Assembly: GCF_001194135.2 (NCBI RefSeq)
Contig: NC_068988.1
Coordinates: 37,071,042 to 37,106,704, forward strand
Length of the DNA: 35,663 nucleotides
Direction: 5' to 3'
From: Octopus bimaculoides
Taxonomy: Eukaryota
Part shown: positions 1 to 11,515 of the stretch, in pieces
Position numbering within the stretch: the stretch's first letter is position 1
Layout: the number at the start of each line of letters is the position of its first letter
Made by a program: the position numbers and the translations under genes
Notes under the pieces: model-generated
What the model saw: only the letters and a program-made list of their open reading frames with translations
What the model was told of the DNA's origin: nothing
Database searches by the model: none

Positions 1-45
<45 letters not shown>

Positions 46-160
46 ATATACACACAAACATGCACACACACGCATATATATATACATACATACATATACA
101 CATACGCACACATATACACACAGATATATGCATACATCCTTACATGCACTACATGGATAA
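1..160. repeat. (TA)n/(TG)/(CA)/(TACA) compound microsatellite at window start
   Basis: Seen directly: (TA)n 1-33, then degenerate TG/CA/TACA units. Confidence 0.95.
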
Positions 161-861
161 GTGCGAGCAAGAACAGAAGTAATATTCTTAAGATTATAAA
201 CTTGAAAAAGTACAGGACAAGTTATTACACCTGTAAAAGTACAGGACAAGCTATTACTTCTAGTAAAGTAAAGAATAAGAAACCTTTTACTTAAAACGCT
301 GCAGTAAAGAATGCTAGTTCTAATTTATCACTCTTTACAGTTCTCATGTTTTAAACTTATTGTGCAAAACTGTTCAGATAATTTATAAGTTTATTTAATT
401 AGTCACTTAGGATATAAACATTCATTCTAGACATATATTCTTTATTCTTATTGCATGGGGTGTTACTTCTTACTTCCTCACTTACTGACATTAAATTTCG
501 TGGCATTTTACCTCATAACATTTTTCTATCATTTAAGCCTAAGAGAAATATACTTTTATTTTAAAATTTGAAAAAAATTATGTTAATTGAAGATGAATAG
601 GTGTCTTACCGCCCCCTTGAGGTCACAGATATTTTGATGCAACTTTTTTCTACTGAACCTGATCTCAAACCATTTATGCCATAGTGTAGCTGAGGAACTG
701 TTAACAGGTTGAAATTTAGTTGAGTACTGAATTAGTGCTGAAACTTGGAAGCCGGTGCGATTGATGAAATGGTGGACTTAAGAATATATTCAACCACTAC
801 CGTGGTTGAATGATATACATACAAGCATACGCACACACAGATATACGGATATACACACTCA

Positions 862-1454
862 TGTAAACGGCTCCTTTTCGCAGAAAAGGAAAGATGTGGC
901 TGCTATTTCTTGCACACCCTACTACCTCGTAACAGGTATTTCGGGTCCTTTATCGCAAATAGCTGTTACATACTAGGAAGGTGTGCTGGAAATAGCACCC
1001 AAATCTTTCGAGGTGAGATACCTTGAATGTACTCCAAAGAAACCTATGGAAAAAACAATCTATTTCACACTGAGGTTATGAATGGGTCTTTTACGAAATA
1101 CCGTATTTTTAAAGTCATTTTCGCTTTTAAGTATTTTGCCCATTATATTCAATGAATGTGACATTGAAATCACGTGTAAACGGCTCCTTTTCTAGGAAAA
1201 GAAATTATTAGGCTACTATTTTTGTCATGTCCTGCAATCACGTAACGGGTATTTCGGGTTCTTTATCACAAATAACATTTACTTGGTGGGAAGGCGTGAT
1301 AGAAATAGCAGCCAAATCTTTGGAGGTGAAATATGTTGAATGTACTCGAAAGAAACCTATGAAAAAAAATTATTTCGTACCGAGGTTACGAACGGGTCTT
1401 TTACGAAATATTTCCCGTATTTTAAAAGTCATTTTAACTTTTAAATATTTTGCC
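862..1454 (+). repeat. Diverged tandem duplication, ~313-bp unit, 2 copies, each with a ~100-nt internal inverted repeat
   Basis: tgtaaacggctccttttc recurs at 862 and 1175. gggtcttttacgaaata and tattttgcc also recur at the same offset. Hairpin arms span 898-999 and 1211-1313. Confidence 0.9.
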
Positions 1455-1533
1455 AACCATAATGTGCCATATGGAAAGGGTAGAATTTCTTCCCTTCCAG
1501 GGTTAAGTTATTCTTGGAGTATTTTTCTATTAT

Positions 1534-1645
1534 ACTTGAAGCTCGAAACTCATATCAGAGTAACTCAATGTAAACATTATTACTAAGATTTTTAAAAAAA
1601 TATTCCCACAAAACAGCCATGTCTACTGATTTTCTCAGATATATA
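1534..1645 (+). repeat. Dispersed ~110-bp repeat, second copy at 5585-5698
   Basis: acttgaagctcgaaactcatatcagagtaactcaatgtaaacattatt (1534) vs acttcaagctggaaacttatatcagagtaactcactgtaaacattatt (5585). Similarity continues through acaaaacagccat / acaaaaagccat. Confidence 0.85.
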
Positions 1646-1773
1646 TATATATATATGCACACGCACACGCGCGCGCACACACGTACCTGAATACTTTATT
1701 GGATGGGCAGATAATGAATCTTAATTATATTATCAAGAAAAAAAGCATACCTTTCTTTGTGATATTCATACCT

Positions 1774-1980
1774 AAACGGTGAGCTGGCAAAATCGCTGCA
1801 TGGTTGGATAAAATGTGTAGCGGCACTTCTTCCACTGGTTTACGTTCAGAGCCTAAATCCCAACTAGGTCGAACTTGCTTTTCCTCCCTTCCTGGACGAA
1901 AAAGCAACCAGTTACTAAGGTGGATATAATTGATTTCTAGCGTCCCAAACATTGTTGGTCTTGTGCCTAAATATTAATTA
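1774..1980 (+). mobile_element. tRNA-derived SINE, family B (degenerate copy)
   Basis: ggtgagctggcaaaatcg...tttacgttcagagcctaaatcccaactaggtcgaacttgc aligns by eye with the copies at 8062 and 13725. Confidence 0.65.
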
Positions 1981-3167
1981 TTTCGGCATTTCTCGTATGT
2001 GTAAGAACGACAAAACAAATAATAATTCTCCGTCTTGACGTCGACTGACGAAACTATCACTTAGTGAAAAAAAATTCTGTGTTGACTTAACTAACAAAAA
2101 CAGAAACAGCGTCTAAATATAGAATATTTTACTAATATTTATAAATATGTATTTTAATGTGTAGCATAAGTTAACAACCAACTAATTATTCAGAACTATA
2201 TTTGCGCACCACTGTATGAATTTTTTTCTCCATTAAATTGAATTATTTTCCTTTTATTAAGCCTTTCCATTAATCGTTATCCACAAAAGTATTTTGGTAC
2301 AACTGTGACATATTTAACAGTTTATTTACATGAGTGTATTTCTATGATGTAAGATTTCGATTGGAAAAAATTTGTTTACTTTCCTAGTGATATTTGCGAA
2401 TCTTATTCTGTGTACAGGTATACCTAAACTTACGTCGGTTATTGGTTTCCAGACGATGTAAAACGATGTAACACACACACGTAAAACTCAACAGATTATT
2501 AGCTTATATTTGTACTAATGAACCGTCTGTACATATTTTGTCATGTATTTTATTTGATTTTCCACTTGGCTTTTAAATGTATTTTTTAAAGATTTAATGG
2601 TTTTCAATATACGTTCAATGAGAACTATGTAACATCCATTAAACCAACCGAACTTCAGGTTTATCAATAAATAAACAAATAGATAAATAAACAATAACTG
2701 CGTAAAGTCCAAAAAACTAGGAACAACGTAAATTGAGGTATGCTTGCATTTGTGTTCTTAATACTTCGTCCGTTTCTGTACTGTACTGCTATCCGTACGA
2801 CCATACTTAAAGATAGCCACAGAGATTTTTCGTTATCTTTGTACCTCTACAGACGAAATATTCGTGTAGGTTTTATTGTCCAGTGTATATTTGACGTATT
2901 GAAATACAAAGGGAAACAAAAAAGTGTCTGAAGGTAAAAATATATTATATAAATATATATTCCAGTAAGAGATTTGATATTTTTCAGATATTTCTTTGTA
3001 TCAGCTGATTTTATGCATCAATGTTTATATATAGTAACGTTATCAGTCAACTTCTGTTAATTATTAATGACCTCTATCGCTAATTGCATTGCACAAATTC
3101 CAGAAGATATATTTTTGATATAACTACGAAATATTTTCCACATAATTAATGAATATATATATATATA

Positions 3168-3715
3168 NNNNNNNNNNNNNNNNNNNNNNNNNNNNNNNNN
3201 NNNNNNNNNNNNNNNNNNNNNNNNNNNNNNNNNNNNNNNNNNNNNNNNNNNNNNNNNNNNNNNNNNNNNNNNNNNNNNNNNNNNNNNNNNNNNNNNNNNN
3301 NNNNNNNNNNNNNNNNNNNNNNNNNNNNNNNNNNNNNNNNNNNNNNNNNNNNNNNNNNNNNNNNNNNNNNNNNNNNNNNNNNNNNNNNNNNNNNNNNNNN
3401 NNNNNNNNNNNNNNNNNNNNNNNNNNNNNNNNNNNNNNNNNNNNNNNNNNNNNNNNNNNNNNNNNNNNNNNNNNNNNNNNNNNNNNNNNNNNNNNNNNNN
3501 NNNNNNNNNNNNNNNNNNNNNNNNNNNNNNNNNNNNNNNNNNNNNNNNNNNNNNNNNNNNNNNNNNNNNNNNNNNNNNNNNNNNNNNNNNNNNNNNNNNN
3601 NNNNNNNNNNNNNNNNNNNNNNNNNNNNNNNNNNNNNNNNNNNNNNNNNNNNNNNNNNNNNNNNNNNNNNNNNNNNNNNNNNNNNNNNNNNNNNNNNNNN
3701 NNNNNNNNNNNNNNN
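3168..3715. other. Assembly gap flanked by (TA)n and (TATG)n
   Basis: Run of N. ORFs crossing it are artefacts. Confidence 1.
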
Positions 3716-3763
<48 letters not shown>

Positions 3764-4269
3764 TGCATGCATGCATGTATGTATGTATGTATGTATGCAT
3801 GTACTTAAGTATTTTGGGGCAAGCGGGTGTGATCTGTGTGGAATTTTATCACTGCGTCATGGAAATTTACCTTATATGTTAAAATCTCACTGGTACCTAC
3901 AAATATACAGATAATTATGCATAAATTAGTAAGCTCTCTTGTGAAGAAAATTTGAGTGCTATTTCTCATAGGTCTAGCTATTACATTATCGACCTCATTA
4001 CAGTATATATGCTTACATATAATCAATCGTAAACATATTCATATATACATGGACACCGATATACATATGTATATGTGAATAACTATACTTGTGAATGCGT
4101 ATGTGTATGTGTGTATGTTTGTGTGAGTGTGTATGCTTATAGTAGTGTGTGGATTGATTAAATCCCTAAATATGCCTATGGAATACATTGCTAACTCTGA
4201 TATTTCAGATGCAGTAAGTTTTAATAAATGATCATCTTCTTCCGTCATTAAATAGAGTGGTTAACTTAA

Positions 4270-4477
4270 TTATCTTTCTTTATTTTACTTACTTTAAACA
4301 TTATACTGCGGTCATGTACGGATACTGTCTTGAAAACTTTTTAGTTGACTGAATTAACACCAGTTCTTATATTTTTTAATATCGATCTGCTTTGTTGAAC
4401 TGCTACACTACGGGGAGGTAGTCACACCTATGCCAATTGTCAAGTGCTGCTAAGGGACAATACATCCCCCACACACA

Positions 4478-4546
<69 letters not shown>

Positions 4547-5102
4547 NNNNNNNNNNNNNNNNNNNNNNNNNNNNNNNNNNNNNNNNNNNNNNNNNNNNNN
4601 NNNNNNNNNNNNNNNNNNNNNNNNNNNNNNNNNNNNNNNNNNNNNNNNNNNNNNNNNNNNNNNNNNNNNNNNNNNNNNNNNNNNNNNNNNNNNNNNNNNN
4701 NNNNNNNNNNNNNNNNNNNNNNNNNNNNNNNNNNNNNNNNNNNNNNNNNNNNNNNNNNNNNNNNNNNNNNNNNNNNNNNNNNNNNNNNNNNNNNNNNNNN
4801 NNNNNNNNNNNNNNNNNNNNNNNNNNNNNNNNNNNNNNNNNNNNNNNNNNNNNNNNNNNNNNNNNNNNNNNNNNNNNNNNNNNNNNNNNNNNNNNNNNNN
4901 NNNNNNNNNNNNNNNNNNNNNNNNNNNNNNNNNNNNNNNNNNNNNNNNNNNNNNNNNNNNNNNNNNNNNNNNNNNNNNNNNNNNNNNNNNNNNNNNNNNN
5001 NNNNNNNNNNNNNNNNNNNNNNNNNNNNNNNNNNNNNNNNNNNNNNNNNNNNNNNNNNNNNNNNNNNNNNNNNNNNNNNNNNNNNNNNNNNNNNNNNNNN
5101 NN

Positions 5103-5148
<46 letters not shown>

Positions 5149-5317
5149 CGTATGTATATATAAACAACAGGTTTCTTTGAATTTCCGTCTACGAAATCAA
5201 CTCACCTGGTTTCCTCGGCCAAAGGCTATAGTAGAAGAAATTTGCTGGATGAACTACACAGGACTGAACTCGAAACCTTGTGGTTGGGAAACTTGTTCCT
5301 TACTACACACCTACGCC
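4270..5317 (-). mobile_element. tRNA-derived SINE, family A, spanning the second gap
   Basis: Minus strand: head ggcgtaggtgtgtagtaagg...cccaaccacaaggtttcgagttcagtcc...tagacggaaattcaaagaaacc (5317-5170), internal TACA/GATA microsatellite with gap, then tail ...gcacttgacaattgg...catgaccgcagtataatg...taaaagaaag (4470-4270). Both parts match the copy at 29789-30140. Confidence 0.8.
4547..5102. other. Assembly gap inside the SINE internal microsatellite
   Basis: Run of N between (ATCT)n and (TA)n(TATG)n. Confidence 1.
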
Positions 5318-5737
5318 TTTGTAGTAAGCAGTCGATTTATATCATGCCATCTAGTTCTGTTGTGACGACAGTTTTGATGCTTTTATAAGTATGACTTACA
5401 AATAGGTATTGTTATTCTTGTTCTTTATGATTCAAGAAGGGTGATGTGCATATTTATTCTTGATATAATGCGGCATATTCAAAAGCAAATATGCTAGTTT
5501 CCGCTGTGTACGTCATTAGTGAATAGATTCTGCGTTTTACAACAACTGTCTTCATAACACTCTCGCCTCACGTTCAAAACGGCCACTTCAAGCTGGAAAC
5601 TTATATCAGAGTAACTCACTGTAAACATTATTAATAAAATTAAAATAAGAATTATCCCCTACAAAAAGCCATTTGTACTCATTTTTTCAAATATATATGA
5701 TACTGTACGAAGAACTTTCTTTTTATTATTCACCTAT

Positions 5738-5975
5738 GCATGTGTGTGTGTTTGTGTTTGTATGTGTGTGTGCGTGTGTGTATGCACATACACACGCAGA
5801 CTCATAAACACGTAAATATATATAGTCAGCCACATTCATTCATAAACTCGTACAAAGACACACACACACACACACACACACAGACACACACACAAACACA
5901 CACACAAACACACACACAAACACACACACGCATGCGCTCGCTCTGACACGCTCACACATACGCGCGCGCGCGCAC
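5738..5975. repeat. (TG)/(CA)n microsatellite with short (CG)n
   Basis: Seen directly. Confidence 0.9.
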
Positions 5976-7842
5976 TCATTGGGTATCTTCGCACTCCTGT
6001 CCCAAACGTTGAAGTGAAAATCTACTTCATATTTGTGTGATAGCCGAAAATACTGACTTTTTTGCCCGAAAATACTGACCTTTGAAGTTTGTCACTTAGA
6101 GATTTACTAAGATAACTAGTCGCACCAAACATTTATTGGTATGAATGCTAATTTATAATTAAGCTAAAGCTGCTACAGATTTTGAAGTACTTGTCTATAA
6201 ATATTCTTCTCATTAATCTGAGAAGAGATATTCACATGTGTAGGTCATGAATCTGTATGGCTATACATTAGTTTCCTTTTCAATTCCAAATACCTATATT
6301 TGCACATGACAGAGGTTTTCAGGAGAATACACTATCAATATTACTTATGTTGATATGTACACATACAACGGCAAATGCGTTGTGTTTTTTTTTGTTTTTT
6401 GTTTTTTGTTTTTTATCTTAGAGTAATCTTTTCTATCGACGGCAACATACAGCAATGTGATGGCAATTTGAGACACATGCTACGTCGACATTTACGATTG
6501 ACTCTTGGGAGTTTAATGCCTTAACTCTCTCCTTTGTTCATTAGATATTTTACCGTTATCTTCTGCTCTTGAATTCCTAATGCCTAAGCTAAAGCATGTG
6601 ACTGAACGTGACAGTCTCAGATCAACGTGAAGCTACTCTTCATGTTAATATTAGTATCCTCATCACGTTTGTGCGAAACAAACCGATGCATAAATGTTTG
6701 TGGCAAACAGTATTTCTTTTCCAAGTCTTTTCTGAGGTGTGTTACGCATGCCCGTCGACGTTCTCATGAGAGGTCATAGGGAGTACTTCTCGAAGAGTTT
6801 ACTTGCGACCCACAGGACGCTATGCACCTCATTTGTTAGCATATGTAAATAAATACATGTCTGATGTAATTATAGCGAGTACCACTGTCTCAATCGATGT
6901 TGGCAGTTGATATCAGAATCTTGTGAGATTGATGTCCATGGAGCGGATTGTGCGTGCATAGATGGATTGATGGATCGATAGATGGATCGATGGATTAATA
7001 GCTGAGCACACGCCTTTCTATACATGTTTGCATGTCTTTGTTTGAATGTTTATAATGTCATTTCTGTATTTGCTTTTGTACTGAAATACTTGGGAGATTT
7101 CCAAACCCAATCGTACACGTATATTTTATACATCTAGCAAAAAAAAACTAAAGGATTTTTCAAACCAGTCACTTGTACGGTAGATTGGATGGAGAAGCAG
7201 GTAACAACAGAATGTTCGAAGGATAATACAATGTTATAGGCTACAAATTGTATGGAGCATTCGCTCAGGTGCCGATACATATATTGTAAATTCTTTCTAC
7301 AATAATAGAAAACTTAATCTAATATTACATTTTTTTTTATCATCAACCTCAACTCACTTTGTCTCTTTAAGCAATTCTATCCAAACGTGAATCACACTTA
7401 ATGAGATATTTTAGAAATCTGCTTTGTTAAATTTCCATGTCACCAGGACATATATTATCGTTTAGGAATTACAGTCCATTTGGCAGAATACCCTTTATCC
7501 ATTCAGTAGAGTTATATAGTAGAACTTGCAAGGGTATAATGACTACACAATGGTTGTAATCAATTTTTAGATGCATTATGCCGTGTCATTTGTCGAATAA
7601 ACTTGGCTGTAATAAATCTTCTTTATAGGGATTAAATGACCTTAGGCCTACACTATTTTGTCAATTGTTCCAAGAGATCCAAATAGCAATTATCATGGGC
7701 CCTATATTCTGGAAGAAATAAATTACGTTTCACTAATCAATATATAAGTGATCCCTGAAACACACTAAAAACTCAGATATATTTAATTACAATTCATGAA
7801 TATTTAATGAGTTACATAGAAAAATTGTAACAGCCTCTATAT

Positions 7843-7977
7843 ATGTGTATGTGCACGTGTGCGTGTGCGTGTGTGTGGTTGTGTGTGCGCATGTATGTGT
7901 TTGTTTATATGTTTATATTATTATTTTCCTTCCTCTTCTTTCTTCTTCTTCTTCTTCTTCTTCTTCTTCTTCTTCTT

Positions 7978-8060
<83 letters not shown>
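7843..8060. repeat. Compound microsatellite (TG), (CTT)n, (ATT)n
   Basis: Seen directly: (CTT)n ~7935-8007, (ATT)n ~8014-8060. Confidence 0.95.
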
Positions 8061-8061
<1 letters not shown>

Positions 8062-8062
<1 letters not shown>

Positions 8063-8216
8063 AGGCAGCGAGCTGGTGGATTCCGCCGAGGTCGACTTCA
8101 ACTTTCATCCCTTTCGGAGTCCATAAAATAAGTACCAATTAAACATTAAGGACGATGTAACCGACTCATTCCCTGCCCACCAAAAATTGCTGCCCGTGAG
8201 GCAAAATTCGATACCA
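8062..8216 (+). mobile_element. tRNA-derived SINE, family B, with ~60-bp internal deletion
   Basis: aaggcagcgagctggtgg|attccgccgaggtcgacttcaactttcatccctttcggagtccataaaataagtacc...caaaattcgatacca matches the 13725 copy except for the missing segment. Flanked by (ATT)n on both sides. Confidence 0.85.
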
Positions 8217-8226
8217 TTATTATTAC

Positions 8227-8280
<54 letters not shown>

Positions 8281-8530
8281 CAGTAGCAGCAGCAGCAGCA
8301 GCAGCAGCAGGAGAAGAAGAAGAAGAAGAAGAAGAAGAAGAAGAAGAAGAAGAAAGAAAGAAAGTAAGAAAGAAAGGAAGAAAGAAAGAAAGTACGAAAG
8401 AAAGGAGGGAAGAAAGAAAGTAAGAAAGAAAGAAAGAAAGAAAGAAAGAATGAAAGAAAGAACGAAAGAAAGAATGAAAGAAAGACTACATACATACACA
8501 TATGCATACGTACATATATATATATATATA
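8217..8530. repeat. Compound microsatellite (ATT)(AGT)n(AGC)n(GAA)n(GAAA)n(TA)n
   Basis: Seen directly. Confidence 0.95.
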
Positions 8531-8717
8531 TAGTGCCTGTGCAGATCAAATGATTAGATATTATTGTTATTACAATTTTTGTTATTATAATGATAATAAC
8601 AATTATTTTTATTATTGTGGCCATAGCTAGAGGTGAGTTTTTGGAACGTTGTAAATTTATGACTAATTCACTTGTTTCAAAAGGTTATATACTGTATTTT
8701 GTTGGTTAATTTGATTT

Positions 8718-8883
8718 TCAAGCCAGCTGCCCATTTTTTGTGGGGTGGGGGTGCTGACGTTTATTAGCCAAATCCCCGTTTTGGGGGTGATACAACCCTT
8801 TTTGTTTTCGAATTTCTTCCAAATTTTCTTCGAAGAAGGTAAACTTTGCAGATGGCGACGAAAAGCAGGAATAAGGAGGGAAG
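8718..8883 (-). CDS. Candidate terminal coding exon of an unidentified gene (FPPYSCFSSPSAKFTFFEENLEEIRKQKGLYHPQNGDLANKRQHPHPTKNGQLA*)
   Basis: Non-repetitive sequence with acceptor ttgccttaacag, an open frame to TGA at 8718, and AATAAA ~105 nt downstream. In phase with the 14200-14294 candidate. No homology recognised. Confidence 0.2.
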
Positions 8884-8949
8884 CTGTTAAGGCAATTTGC
8901 ACGAAGACTTCCCCGTCCTTCCCACCAAGATGGGTAGAAAACAAGCAAG

Positions 8950-9098
8950 AATAGAAAGAAAGAAAATAAGAAAGAAAGAAGAAAGAAAGAAAGAAGAAGA
9001 AGAAGAAGAAGAAGAAGAAGAAGAAGAAGAAGAAGAAGAAGAAGAAGAAGAAGAAGAAGAAGAAGAAGAAGAAGAAGAAGAAGAAGAAGAAGAAGAAG

Positions 9099-9130
<32 letters not shown>
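8950..9130. repeat. (GAAA)/(GAA)n/(CAA)n microsatellite
   Basis: Seen directly. Confidence 0.95.
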
Positions 9131-9131
<1 letters not shown>

Positions 9132-9239
9132 TGAAGAGTCAATTTCTGTGGCACTTCACTGAACTGTATGAGGTGCGTGGTGGCTCGGAGGCGGAGGTGA
9201 ACTTCACCTCCTACATTGATGTTATGCTGCGGCTTTTGA

Positions 9240-10310
9240 TCAGGGATGTGAAGTTCTGCGAAATACCGAGTTCGGTACGCCCGTAATTTTCTACACTTAT
9301 CAGTTTCCTTCTTCCATTTGCTCTCTTCGTGTGTAGATGATCAGTGTCTGCACGTGGAATCTTCATGCTTCAGTGCACATCACTTGTTGCATTAAGGTAC
9401 CTTTCAAGACCTAATATTGCTGATTTGAAGGATGTTCTAGCTGTATCATGCCTCTTCCACCTATTTCTATTGGAAGATAAATGCTGTCTACATCTAATTT
9501 TGGATGGTGCATTCGGTACTTTGTAAAGATGTTATGGATCTTTCCATCCCTAGTCTGCATGCCAGTGAGACTCCGAAGGTATATCTGGTTACAAGTATGG
9601 CCGAAGAATTGATCGCATTAATTCTGTTAGTAGCACTTATATCTGGTTTAGGACCACCCTTACTCTTCAGTTGCATTTCTTGCGGATTTTCTCTTTCATT
9701 TTAAAGTACTGGATATCATCACTCTCATTGGTTCCCAGAGATTCGTATACTTCGGAATGGTTGAGGTTCTGAATTTCTGAATTTCCGAATTCCATGCCTA
9801 TATCACAGCTTAATTCTGCGACAATATTCAGGACCTCTTTTAATTCTTGTTGTATTTGACAAACAGTTTCAGATCATCCATATAGACTAGATTATTAATT
9901 TTCTGGTCAAAGATTTTATAGCCTCTCTTAGCATTATTCAGTTGCGGGAACAAAGTGAGGCAGAATAGTAATGGTGATATTGATTCCCGGTGAGGTGATA
10001 TATCCCTGTTAATGATTTAAAATGCGGGTGGTTCTCCACGAGTTCATGATTGCTTTTAAAAAGTACACAATTGTTAGAGCTATCTTGTAAATTTCCGGGA
10101 CCTAGATGATCCATGCATGGAGGACATTGTCAAAGGCCTTTTTGTAATCTATCCAAGCAGCGCTGAGCTTTCTGCGTTTGGATTTTCAATTTTCAATGAC
10201 CTTCTTATCAATAAGTAATTGGTCCTTACATCCATATGAACTCCTTTTCCATCCCTTTTGTTCCACCGGGAACAACTTCTTATTGTTCAAGAATTCACAA
10301 GCTCTATTCC
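9240..10310 (-). mobile_element. Decayed R4/Dong-clade non-LTR retrotransposon reverse transcriptase
   Basis: Minus-strand translation with stops and frameshifts: EQKGWKRSSYGCKDQLLIDK, AWIDYKKAFDNVLHAWI, NLVYMDDLKLF, NRINAINS, HHPKLDVDSIYLPIEIGGRGMIQLE. These are characteristic R4/Dong RT motifs. Confidence 0.88.
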
Positions 10311-11515
10311 GTTGTTATTGTTTTTGTTGAATAAAATTTGTTGAAAAAAAGCCGCAATAATTATGCACCAACTCAATATATATATTGAAAAGCCAAAGGA
10401 ATGTAAGTGAAGTAAAACATAAGAAATACGATAAGTTTATGACTTGTATTTTCATATTCCATTTCGGTATTTTGGTATTGAATTCTCTTCTTCGTGAGGA
10501 CTTAATAGGAAATTTAATGTTGTGACTTTTCTAGAAATGTAGAACGGACACCAGATATAGATCTCTAATTGAATGTGTGTTAAATTTTCAAGTAATATAT
10601 AAACGAATAACAACGAGATCAGAATAGGTAAATGAATAAAATAAATAAATGAATAAATCATATATGCTAGAATAAAGAGTATTGTTAATTGACGTCTGTA
10701 GTGAAAAATTGTTATTTGAGAAATTTTGATTGCTCGAAATCAAAATAAGGTAAGAAGAAATTCGCTTGAGTGCAGGGAGGCGAAATAAAGTTTTTACATG
10801 TTTAACTTTAAGGTATGTGAATATGAAACAGTAATATTAGAAATAACATTTCTGAAAACGTAACGAACACAGGGTATATCTTCAATAAGTCTATTAAAGA
10901 AATCAGGAAGAAGAACAACGGACGTAAATGCATTAATTTAAATGATGAAAATTTTTATAGAATTGTTGAAATTGAATGAAGGTAAATTTTAAATAATTAC
11001 AGGCAGGGTTATTTTTTAAAATAGCTGCTGATTAAGTTATAAAGTATTAGGTTATGTGATTAGATAAATGTATTAAATAACTAAATAGATGTCAATTAAA
11101 CGAAGGAATTAGATGAATAAATACATATGCATTATTAAGTAATATGAAATATAATTGATGAAATGAAGAAAGTTAAAATTATTAGCACAGAATAATGGAA
11201 AGGAGGTCAACTAAGAAGACAATGCCATAAAACAACGATTTGAGGGAAGACATAGTAACAAACGAAATAAAGGAAGGAAATTTAAACAAAATTGTTAAAT
11301 GTAAAGATTTATTTATAACAAGCAGAAATACCCGGCGTTGCCCGGGTTAAAGAGAATAATGAAATCTAAAAACGCCGTCTAGTCTTTATATATAGAGATG
11401 TATATACACACACGCACCCAAACACGTATATATATGTATATCAATATAAATATATGAAAGTCAATGAAGTTTCGTAAAAGAAGGTGATCATGTACATACT
11501 TTCTTGCTGTTGTGA

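Noticed and set aside
2738-2933. Apparent 115-nt intron plus 81-nt exon on the plus strand
   Set aside because: The splice signals are fair, but all three frames contain stops and nothing else supports a UTR exon.
3057-5180. Long ORFs of 200-250 aa in the ORF track, also 11516-12860
   Set aside because: They consist of N-gap codons plus microsatellite translation. Only 11516-11666 has real coding signal.
9193-9211. Perfect palindrome ggaggtgaa-c-ttcacctcc
   Set aside because: Single 9-bp arm pair next to a decayed retroelement, not repeated, with no context for function.
7843-9286. Poly-L/S/F/E/Q/V ORFs, and similar ones at 27940-28801
   Set aside because: Direct translations of trinucleotide microsatellites, with no flanking coding evidence.
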